A DNA stretch of 64,000 nt, from positions 56,848 through 120,847 of IMG/VR virus record IMGVR_UViG_3300011008_000036. One strand, written 5' to 3'. Of this stretch, positions 10,618 through 18,907 are shown piece after piece (the first letter of the stretch is position 1; the number at the start of each line of letters is the position of its first letter). A model generated the notes under the pieces. That model had not been told where the DNA came from and made no database searches. It worked only from the letters and a program-made list of their open reading frames with translations. A program made the position numbers and the translations under genes. Origin of the DNA: a virus. Its lineage: Duplodnaviria > Heunggongvirae > Uroviricota > Caudoviricetes.

Positions 10618-10670
10618 TCTGAAAATCATTGACATATAAAATGCCTCTTGATGAAATAAATATATAAATA

Positions 10671-10697
10671 ATAGAGATGGGAAATTCCCATCTCTAT
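10671..10697. terminator. bidirectional hairpin terminator
   Basis: atagagatggg-aaatt-cccatctctat between convergent gene ends 10617(+) and 10704(-). Confidence 0.5.
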
Positions 10698-10703
10698 TAT
10701 TTA

Positions 10704-12437
10704 TTATTCATTAATTGGTTTTGTATTTTCCAATGCTTTTATTACAATTTCTCTAATTGATTCATCATCTAGTTGAGAAATTATATCATCTAAGATATCG
10801 GCAGCATTTGTAATTTGAGTATTTTCTAATGATCTCTTAACAATTTCAATTATATCTGCGCTATCAAATTCTATTAGTACTTCATTTAATACACTCATAA
10901 TCACATTTCGTAATTCTTCACTTGATACAAATTGACTAATTAATTCATTAATTGGTATTTCTTCAATTTTTCCATCATTATTATTTAGATTTCCCAATAC
11001 AACATTTTTATTTCTAGAAACTAAAAATTCCGGATAAATACTTTTCTTTTGGAAATGTCTAGTTGCTAAAGCTCTGCTTATGATGTGTCGTTCATGAATA
11101 CTCTGGTCGTAAATTTCATGTTCTGTAACATATTCGAGAAACGCAATTCTTTGTAAACCTCTAATCAAAATATCAGGACTCATTGTTGATGGATCATCAT
11201 TGATGTAAAATCTAAATGTACCATTATCAATACCTTGTAAAAATTTAATGCTTCCGATATAATGTTTACTATCAATTTCTTCTTTGGTATAATAATTACT
11301 AATTACATCTGGAAAAGCTTCTCGTATACTATCCTGTAGCAATGATTTAAATGACGGATCATCCAATAAATCTCCAGCAATCTTTGAAATATCTAAAGTT
11401 AATCCTGATTCATTATTGTGGATATATTTATTATCAATTACTGAGAATGCTCCTATACTGTTAATTTCCCATTTATAAAAATTATTCTCATCTAATTTAC
11501 AATATGCAACTTCTGTGCAATTATCATCTCCATGTTGAATAATATAAAACTTATGAATATATTGCTCATCAGCATCGGGTAGATCTAATCTATTATCAAT
11601 AGTAATTACTTCGTCATACCAATTTTCTGGATGAGGTAAAGTTTGATTAAATTCAGTTAATTTCTGATCAATAAAATTATTAATTGCTAATGTGTTTGGA
11701 TAATTTATTTCATTAATATTGTCATTATTAATTATTGAAACTTTATTTGATAAACTTTCCTTTTGTTTAAATAATAACATATGTGCTAGTGGATCATCAT
11801 AATGTTTTATGAACATTTCCTTAGCAACATTTAATTTACTATTAAAACTTTCATTAGTCTCATCAACATGTTTCCACAATTTTGTTAAATTTTGTCTAAT
11901 ATCTGGATGAATATTTAAATCTGTTGATGTGTTGTGTGCATATATTAAATTAGTAACGAATAATTTTAATGAATTATCTTTATCAATTTGCTCAACAGTT
12001 ACATGATGAGGATTATTAAAATTTAATAAATGATTATCATATTCTGTGAAATCTATTTTAGATTGAAAATCATATTGATTTAATATATTCGTAACTTCTT
12101 CCCTTTGTATATCAGATAGTGTTTTTTCATTATCAGGAACATTTGAAACATTTTCCAATCCTAAACTTTCTTTAGTTATTGTTACATCTCCCATCATGTT
12201 GTTGACTGATGTGACTGGAAAATTTATTTGTAATATTCCATGATTCTTTATATTTTCATTCAATTCTTCCAGAATCGTTCTTAATGATTTATTATCTGAA
12301 GTATTCTGATCAAATACTTGATCTAATACTGTTTGTGGCCATATGGTATTGACCTTGCTAGTATTTGGATTTGATTCATCTTCAAGTATGTATAATTGTT
12401 GTAAGAGATTTTCTTTTAATCTGATAGAATCCAGCAT
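10704..12437 (-). CDS. hypothetical protein
   Basis: 577-aa ORF, GGAGGT RBS before ATG at 12437; no nuclease/phosphoesterase motifs seen. Confidence 0.5.
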   Translation of the reverse strand: MLDSIRLKENLLQQLYILEDESNPNTSKVNTIWPQTVLDQVFDQNTSDNKSLRTILEELNENIKNHGILQINFPVTSVNNMMGDVTITKESLGLENVSNVPDNEKTLSDIQREEVTNILNQYDFQSKIDFTEYDNHLLNFNNPHHVTVEQIDKDNSLKLFVTNLIYAHNTSTDLNIHPDIRQNLTKLWKHVDETNESFNSKLNVAKEMFIKHYDDPLAHMLLFKQKESLSNKVSIINNDNINEINYPNTLAINNFIDQKLTEFNQTLPHPENWYDEVITIDNRLDLPDADEQYIHKFYIIQHGDDNCTEVAYCKLDENNFYKWEINSIGAFSVIDNKYIHNNESGLTLDISKIAGDLLDDPSFKSLLQDSIREAFPDVISNYYTKEEIDSKHYIGSIKFLQGIDNGTFRFYINDDPSTMSPDILIRGLQRIAFLEYVTEHEIYDQSIHERHIISRALATRHFQKKSIYPEFLVSRNKNVVLGNLNNNDGKIEEIPINELISQFVSSEELRNVIMSVLNEVLIEFDSADIIEIVKRSLENTQITNAADILDDIISQLDDESIREIVIKALENTKPINE

Positions 12438-12516
12438 AGCATATAACCTCCTATATAAAAAATCTAATAAATTCTAGTATTATAGATTTCGTTGAATAGA
12501 AAGGATTTGATTTAAT

Positions 12517-12840
12517 ATGTTAATTAGCCCAGAATCAATTAAGTTTGAAAATAGTAATGATATTGTTGATTATATTGGCTATGGATTGCCTCCAACAAAA
12601 AGTAACTATGAAAAAATTGTTGATAAAATTCTTAATCCCGATGCTAATGATACTGTCGATACAAATGATACTGTTACGATACCAAATAAAATATTTAATA
12701 ATGTGGATACTGAAACATTTTTAAATACATTAGATAGAGTATATGATAATAGAATTAAGAATAGAAATAATACATTGATTGCTGCTGGTGTAAGTATTCT
12801 CGTAGGTGGAATAATAGCTCTTTTTAAATGGAAAAAATAA
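12517..12840 (+). CDS. small C-terminally membrane-anchored protein
   Basis: AAAGGA RBS; C-terminal hydrophobic helix LIAAGVSILVGGIIALFKWKK. Confidence 0.45.
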   Translation: MLISPESIKFENSNDIVDYIGYGLPPTKSNYEKIVDKILNPDANDTVDTNDTVTIPNKIFNNVDTETFLNTLDRVYDNRIKNRNNTLIAAGVSILVGGIIALFKWKK

Positions 12841-12848
12841 ATATACTT

Positions 12849-12885
12849 TATAATTAGAGGCAGACTCACAACTGCCTCTAATTAT
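12849..12885 (+). terminator. hairpin terminator
   Basis: tataattagaggcag-actcacaa-ctgcctctaattata. Confidence 0.5.
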
Positions 12886-12931
12886 AAATTTTAACTGGAT
12901 AATAATTTTTGTGTTTAGAGGTGATGATCAT

Positions 12932-13372
12932 ATGTCAATAGGATATGATCTTACTTTTGATATCAATGAATTTGGCAATCCTAAAATTAAATCAGAATTA
13001 GAATCAATTAAAGATATTATATTATTTATTCTATATACAAAACCAGGTCAATATCCATCAATGCCTCAGATTGGTTTAGATATAGATAATCTTTTATATT
13101 CTCATTATGATGATATTGATATTGAAAGTTTAAAAAATAAAATCATAGACCAATGTTCTGCATTGGAAACGTTCTTTGATTCGAATCAAGTAAATATTCA
13201 AAAATTTATTTACAATAATAATCCATTGTTATATATTCAGATTATTGGAATTTCTAAATATCCATCAACTTATCAAGCTGACGATATTAATACAGTTGGA
13301 AAATATGATATAGCATTAACACATGATGAATTAAATCGTTTAATCTCAAATGTAAAAGTAGTTAAAAATTGA
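12932..13372 (+). CDS. baseplate wedge protein, gp25/GPW family
   Basis: MSIGYDLTFDINEFGNPKIKSELESIKDIILFILYTKPGQYPSMPQIGLDIDNLLY matches the GPW/gp25 signature (dl.f......gd...v.g.e...Q.i...L.T..GE....p.fG..l..llf); ORF track start is a GTG at 12911, ATG 7 codons later preferred. Confidence 0.55.
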   Translation: MSIGYDLTFDINEFGNPKIKSELESIKDIILFILYTKPGQYPSMPQIGLDIDNLLYSHYDDIDIESLKNKIIDQCSALETFFDSNQVNIQKFIYNNNPLLYIQIIGISKYPSTYQADDINTVGKYDIALTHDELNRLISNVKVVKN

Positions 13373-13419
13373 ATTATATATTATATATGTATAATATAAT
13401 AAAGGAGATATCGAGTATT

Positions 13420-13782
13420 ATGGTAAAATCACAAATTAGATATGCTTCATCATATATTGCCGAAAACGAAGTAGTTCATGACACAAAGTTTATTAAGAAA
13501 GAAATGTATGTTCGTTATTATCATGATAAGATAATTCCAACAAGATATTTCATTTCAAGATCTGGAAAAGTATGGTCAGAAATTGTCAGAGATTTCATAA
13601 CACCACATTATCTTTACAGGAATGATAATTATGGTAATACTATAAAAAGTAAGGGAAAGTATGTAAGATTGTATATCAGAATTAATGGACAACGTAAAAA
13701 TGTCACACGTAATCTCAACCGTATAATTGAGGATACGTTTGATCATTTACAAATATCAGAGAAAAAACGTTCCAAAAAATAA
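13420..13782 (+). CDS. NUMOD4-like DNA-binding protein, probably a decayed homing-endonuclease remnant (no HNH catalytic motif)
   Basis: AAAGGAG RBS before ATG 13420; TRYFISRSGKVWS resembles the NUMOD4 YxVSNxGxVxS motif; GKYVRLYIRINGQRKNVTRNLNRII parallels the gYl.v.L..ngk.k..vHRLVA segment of the neighbouring HNH enzymes but the H and the HNH domain are absent. Confidence 0.4.
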   Translation: MVKSQIRYASSYIAENEVVHDTKFIKKEMYVRYYHDKIIPTRYFISRSGKVWSEIVRDFITPHYLYRNDNYGNTIKSKGKYVRLYIRINGQRKNVTRNLNRIIEDTFDHLQISEKKRSKK

Positions 13783-13795
13783 ATATTCATTTTAT

Positions 13796-13830
13796 AAGGA
13801 AGAATTTAAACTCTTCCTTTATTTTTTTTT
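13796..13830 (+). terminator. rho-independent terminator
   Basis: taaggaagaa-tttaaact-cttcctta followed by T9. Confidence 0.55.
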
Positions 13831-13848
13831 GAAAGGAGGTTATGAGAA

Positions 13849-14571
13849 TTGGCTGTTAAAAATAGAAAAGAAATTGAGAATGTAATATATCAAGTATTTG
13901 ATGCTCTTGATCCAACTGGTGCTAATACTGAAAAATACAAAGCAATGCTTTCACCAATGAATGATAAAGAATTTGAAAAATTTATGAGAGAATTTTTAAA
14001 TGATGATATGGAAAATTTCGTTCTTGACATGATTGATTATGAACGTGATGTTAGAATGGAAAATGTTGAGAAAGCAGCTAAAATTCTTAATATTCCAATT
14101 AGCGAATATATATTTATGCCAAATCTCACAATGGATAAAAAGAATGTAGTATCTACTCCAGATAAATGTCTTGTTGGATATGTAAATATAAAACGTTTAC
14201 AACAATTGGTAATGAAGAAAAATGGATTATCTGTTGATAATAGTAAAATTAGTTCGTTGACAGGACAAGTAATTGACAAAGATAAAAATTCAAGAGATTC
14301 TGATATTGAATCCGAAATACTCGTTTCACTTGGGGCTGATAAAATATTACAAGAGCTAAATGCAGCCAGAGCTGATGACATGGTCATGAAACGTGAAATG
14401 AATAATCAAATTGCAACAAAAGGTTATGTTATTTTAGATGAATTAACAAATCTTCCAACAAATAAAACTACACTAATGACAGTAAATTCATTCCTACTAG
14501 CAATGCACATAAAGAGTGATTTAATTTCATCAAGTTATATTCTTCCAAAAACTACTGAGTCGTTAATTTAA
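13849..14571 (+). CDS. hypothetical protein (TTG start)
   Basis: AAAGGAGGT RBS 8 nt before TTG 13849; 240-aa ORF. Confidence 0.45.
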   Translation: MAVKNRKEIENVIYQVFDALDPTGANTEKYKAMLSPMNDKEFEKFMREFLNDDMENFVLDMIDYERDVRMENVEKAAKILNIPISEYIFMPNLTMDKKNVVSTPDKCLVGYVNIKRLQQLVMKKNGLSVDNSKISSLTGQVIDKDKNSRDSDIESEILVSLGADKILQELNAARADDMVMKREMNNQIATKGYVILDELTNLPTNKTTLMTVNSFLLAMHIKSDLISSSYILPKTTESLI

Positions 14572-14629
14572 TTATATATTATATTCATAATAATATAAAT
14601 TCTATGTATAAAGGAGAATAATTATCATT

Positions 14630-15367
14630 GTGAATAATAATATAATTTGGAAAGATATTTATATTGATGGAATACTAAGTAATTATATGATATCAAATAA
14701 TGGACAAGTATATTCTAAAATTAGTAATAAAATTTTAAGTCCTTTTATTAATAAAGATGGATATTTATTAATTCATTTGCATCATAATACTAAATCTGTT
14801 AATAAATCTATTCATAGATTAGTAGCTATTGCATTCATTCCAAATCCAGAAAATAAACCTCAAGTAAATCATATCAATGGAATAAAAACTGATAATAGAG
14901 TAGAAAATTTGGAATGGTGTACTATATCAGAAAATATAAAACATGCATATGCTACAGGATTAAAACATAATGCATATGGTTCAAATTCAGTATTGAGTAA
15001 ATATAATGATAAACAAATTCATACAGTTTGTAAATTATTAGAAAATAAAATTCCTATGAAATTAATTGCTATACTAACTAAAGTTAAATATAAAAAAGTG
15101 AATGCTGTTAAATTGTGTAAAGAATGGAAACATATATCTTCTCAGTATAATATAGATTCTAATTATGATTCTGAAACTAGTGTAATTAAGAAAATTAAAT
15201 ATTCTAAATTAAAATCTATATTAATTAATTTAAATATTTTTAATAATATAGATTTATCAGAATTATTATATTCTAAATATATTATTAAGAAAAAGAAATT
15301 AATAGAAGATTTAGAATTATTAGGATATGAAATATTTATAGATTCTAAATTATATAAAGAATTATAA
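14630..15367 (+). CDS. NUMOD4-HNH homing endonuclease (HNH_3/I-HmuI-like), free-standing
   Basis: GTG start after AAAGGAG; IIWKDI...YMISNNGQVYS (NUMOD4), GYLLIHL...SIHRLVAIAF, VNHINGIKTDNRVENLEWCTISEN (HNH); paralog of 62944-63822. Confidence 0.75.
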   Translation: MNNNIIWKDIYIDGILSNYMISNNGQVYSKISNKILSPFINKDGYLLIHLHHNTKSVNKSIHRLVAIAFIPNPENKPQVNHINGIKTDNRVENLEWCTISENIKHAYATGLKHNAYGSNSVLSKYNDKQIHTVCKLLENKIPMKLIAILTKVKYKKVNAVKLCKEWKHISSQYNIDSNYDSETSVIKKIKYSKLKSILINLNIFNNIDLSELLYSKYIIKKKKLIEDLELLGYEIFIDSKLYKEL

Positions 15368-15411
15368 AAACAAATAAAAATAATATCAAAATGAAAGGTT
15401 GGTAATTTACC

Positions 15412-16020
15412 ATGCTAAAGATTCAAGTATTAGGACATGGACTCATACCAAGAGGCTATGGACTTGCACCCCATAAACAATTATTCTGGGCTGATAAAAG
15501 ATTAATTCAAACTATTCTTACAGATAGTCGTTTATCAATTAATATGCAGCATCCTGTTGATGGAAGATTGATTCCACTAAACAGAGTTAATCTTGATAAA
15601 CTTTGGGAAAGTTATTCAGATAAATATGATACTGTGAATACATCAAATAAAATCAAAACTGAAGTAATTGGAAAACCTAAAACTCTCATTGATAAAAATA
15701 ATGAAAAAAATAGTAAAGGAAAAAATACTATAGTTATGCCTGATACAGAATCTAAAAAATCTGAAGCAGAATTAAAAACTGTTGAAGAACTTAAGAAAGC
15801 TGGAATGAATGTAGCTAATGACAAACAATTTGATGCTGTTGTAGAAAAAGCTATTAACAATACTCCAGTTGATAATAAAAAGAATGAACCAGTTAAAACT
15901 GAATCAGTTGTAAAGAATGATCAAAAGAAAAATGATAATAAAAAAGATGAATCCAAAAAAGAAGAAAAAAAGAATGAAACAATTCTTCATCCAATAAACA
16001 ACCCCGAAAATAATAAATAA
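15412..16020 (+). CDS. hypothetical Lys-rich protein
   Basis: AAAGG RBS; C-terminal K/E/N-rich low complexity. Confidence 0.45.
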   Translation: MLKIQVLGHGLIPRGYGLAPHKQLFWADKRLIQTILTDSRLSINMQHPVDGRLIPLNRVNLDKLWESYSDKYDTVNTSNKIKTEVIGKPKTLIDKNNEKNSKGKNTIVMPDTESKKSEAELKTVEELKKAGMNVANDKQFDAVVEKAINNTPVDNKKNEPVKTESVVKNDQKKNDNKKDESKKEEKKNETILHPINNPENNK

Positions 16021-16035
16021 AAAAAAAATAATTTA

Positions 16036-16078
16036 AAGTTTAATATACAGGATCACGAATCCTGTATATTAAACTTTT
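16036..16078 (+). terminator. long hairpin terminator
   Basis: aaagtttaatatacaggat-cacgaa-tcctgtatattaaacttt then T-run. Confidence 0.55.
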
Positions 16079-16217
16079 TATTACTAATATAAATTTTCGT
16101 ACTAAAATTTTTAAGGTGGCTTATATTTTATATAAGTCATTATAAGTCACATCCTTTCCTTTATTTATTCACAATTATAATATATCATTATTTTGTCAAT
16201 ATATACGATAAAAAGAA

Positions 16218-16226
16218 TGTTATAAT
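16218..16226 (+). promoter_or_regulatory. possible host-type extended -10 (TGtTATAAT) upstream of RNAP gene
   Basis: tgttataat at 16218-16226 in a 290-bp intergenic region; no good -35 at correct spacing. Confidence 0.2.
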
Positions 16227-16229
16227 TTC

Positions 16230-16240
16230 AATGATATATT
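16230..16240 (+). promoter_or_regulatory. AATGATATATT motif copy (upstream of RNAP gene)
   Basis: caatgatatatttttaatatgtatc; 69 nt before ATG 16309; inverted partner copy at 16179-16189. Confidence 0.35.
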
Positions 16241-16308
16241 TTTAATATGTATCAAACAAATTGTATATAAAATGTGATTTATTATCTTTATTTCATCGGA
16301 GGTCAATA

Positions 16309-18438
16309 ATGTATAATTTACCAACCATTCGAACAGTTGAAGATTGTCAAAGAGAATTTCCAGATATTATTGTAATATCAAGATTAGATACATATGAAAA
16401 ATTTGACCAATTCTATTATAAAGTATTCTATGCACTGTGTGCATGTGTTGAAATACCCGAATGCGTAAAATATCAAATTAGATTTAAATTCTATCCTGAT
16501 GAAGAAAAAACATATTCTTTATCCATGCCAAAATTTCTATTAAATTTAAATGCATATCGACCATTAATAGAATTAAATACAATTCAGCAATATTATCATT
16601 CAAAGATTGAAGTTTTAGATGAATCATTCATAATAAGTACGATGTTTTCTAATTCTATTAGATTGGCATTGGAAACTAAAGTTACAAATGTTCTGAATGA
16701 ATATGGTATTTCTTTCGAAAGAATTTCTGAATTATTGAAAATACTAATCGAACGATATCAAGAAATTAGTTTAGAATTTGCTTTAATCAATAAAGCTTCT
16801 ATAATGACATTTGAATCAGTATTCCTAAATGATTATAGACGTTCTGAGAAAATTCGTGAATTAAATAATTTACAAATTCCACAATCATTGCAAACAGCAG
16901 ATGTTGAAGATTTGCTTAAGAAGAAAACTACTGAATTATTAGATGAATTTGCAAAAACAAAAAATCCTATATGGTATATTAGTAAAGCAGGTGATAATCA
17001 TATTAAACAAAAACAAGTTCAAGAATTATATATTTCATATGGACAAATTCCAGATATTTCTGGTAATGTTATTCCATATACAATGCAAGGAAATGGATTT
17101 TCTACTGGATATAACACTCCTATTGATCTTTACATAGCTGCAACTGGTAGTAGACTTTCATCAATCATGAATAAAGACCATATGGGAGAAGCTGGATATT
17201 TAAGTAGAAATTTAATTCTATTAAGTAGAACTCTTACATTATCCAAAAATGTATTTGATTGTGGAACAAAACATCTACTACCATTGACAGTTATTAATAG
17301 TACATTTTTACATAGATTAGAAAATAAATGGTATTGTGAACATATTGGTGATCCATTGAAAATTGTACATTTTGATGAATGTAAACATTTAATAGGTAAG
17401 CAAATTTTTATACGATCTATGATCACATGTGCATTGGAAGATGAAGTTTGCCATATGTGTTATGGTCAAGATTCACATCTTGTTATGAATATGCCAGGTA
17501 TGGCAATTTTTAATACAGAAGTATATTCTGAACCTGTATCACAAAATATTCTGTCGACGAAACACTTATTATCAACAGCTGCAAATAGATTAGCATTCTC
17601 GGATTCATTTGATAAATATTTTAAATATAATGCTGGTGATATTTTCTTAAAAGAAAAAGATGAATGGGATATTGATATTCCAGCTGGACATTTAAGTATT
17701 AGAATTCCAAAAGATAATCTAATTTCTGTTAATAAACAGGATATTACAGAATATAGTACATTTGGTAATGATGTGGAATCTCCATTTTATGTTTATAATA
17801 ATCAGACAAATACTTATGATAAAATAGAAATTGCTAATTATGAATCAATGTTTATTGATGCAGAATCTGTAAAACTATTTAAATTAGTTAGTGATAAAAA
17901 ATCTGAAGGAGGGAATAAATATTATGACTTACCATTCTCAGTTTTATCAACAGATCTAGAAAGTCGACTATTAAGTATTGATATAAAGAATAATGGATTA
18001 ACTGATAATCTTTATACAATAATGAATCTTATTAATAAGAATGCTGCAAAATATACTGACTATAGTTTATTAGCACAAGATTTCTTTGAAATATTAATAA
18101 AAGCTGGTATTAGAGCAAGAGTTGTACAACCAGAAATTATTCTTAATAGATTAATTCGTGATGCTAATAATATATACAAACGTCCAAATTTTGCACAATT
18201 CAATGATCCAGAATATAAAATACTTACATTGGATCAAGCTTTGATTAACAGAGATGCTCCAACTATTGGATTATCTTATCAAGCATTAAAACGTCAATTG
18301 TTAAGTGATGCCTTATATAATGATAAAAATGGTAGTTCATATCTTGATCCGTTATATGCAAATAAGGTATCCACAAAACGACTTAAGGAATTAGCACAAA
18401 TTATACAGAATAGGAGAATTAATGATGAAAAAGAATAA
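16309..18438 (+). CDS. multisubunit RNA polymerase beta-prime subunit, C-terminal fragment (bridge helix, region G, trigger loop) encoded as a separate gene
   Basis: GGAGGT RBS before ATG 16309. [39 protein letters not shown] aligns with E. coli RpoC [42 protein letters not shown] (cf CAHCYGRD) and [29 protein letters not shown] (cf [31 protein letters not shown]) follow in order. No NADFDGD catalytic motif, so only the C-terminal half is here. Confidence 0.7.
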   Translation: [709 protein letters not shown]

Positions 18439-18823
18439 CATGTTTAAAGATACTATACAATTTTTTAGAGATTTACGACAACTGTCGAAAAATGCCGATG
18501 ACTTACTTGAATCATATGATAAAAATTATAAGATAAATAATCCCAGCATAGTTCATGAAACATGGATATCTAATATAATATTGAATGTATTAACGGATAA
18601 AAGTATTCTTGACTTATGTGATGACTTGAAAGAAAAATTAGGAGAAGATTTGACAAGAGATCTTATTGAAACATTAACAATCAAATTCTCTACAGTTTTT
18701 GCAGACTTGATAGCTGAACAAAATCAAGTAATGATGGATAATATAAATAAAAGATTTGAAAATGTTCATTATAAGATAAGACATAAAATCGATGATCTTG
18801 AATTACGACTAAAATCAAAATAA
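18422..18823 (+). CDS. hypothetical protein
   Basis: 133-aa ORF overlapping RNAP gene stop; TAGGAG RBS. Confidence 0.45.
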   Translation: MMKKNNMFKDTIQFFRDLRQLSKNADDLLESYDKNYKINNPSIVHETWISNIILNVLTDKSILDLCDDLKEKLGEDLTRDLIETLTIKFSTVFADLIAEQNQVMMDNINKRFENVHYKIRHKIDDLELRLKSK

Positions 18824-18828
18824 TATAT

Positions 18829-18854
18829 AAAGGAGCTTCTTGAGAAGCTCCTTT
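18829..18854 (+). terminator. hairpin terminator
   Basis: aaaggagcttct-tgag-aagctccttt. Confidence 0.5.
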
Positions 18855-18907
18855 ATATATTTATATATTATTACATAAAGAAGGTAAATTTGGAGGTTAT
18901 TTATATT

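Noticed and set aside
10412-10639. 75-aa ORF with ...PLVQIPLVQIPLVQ... repeat
   Set aside because: It is merely the +1 frame reading of the DTPGT tandem repeat of gene 10183-10617.
16192-16226. Sigma-70-type promoter TTGTCA...TGtTATAAT upstream of RNAP gene
   Set aside because: Spacer between the -35-like hexamer and the -10 is about 22 nt; only the extended -10 is retained as a low-confidence feature.
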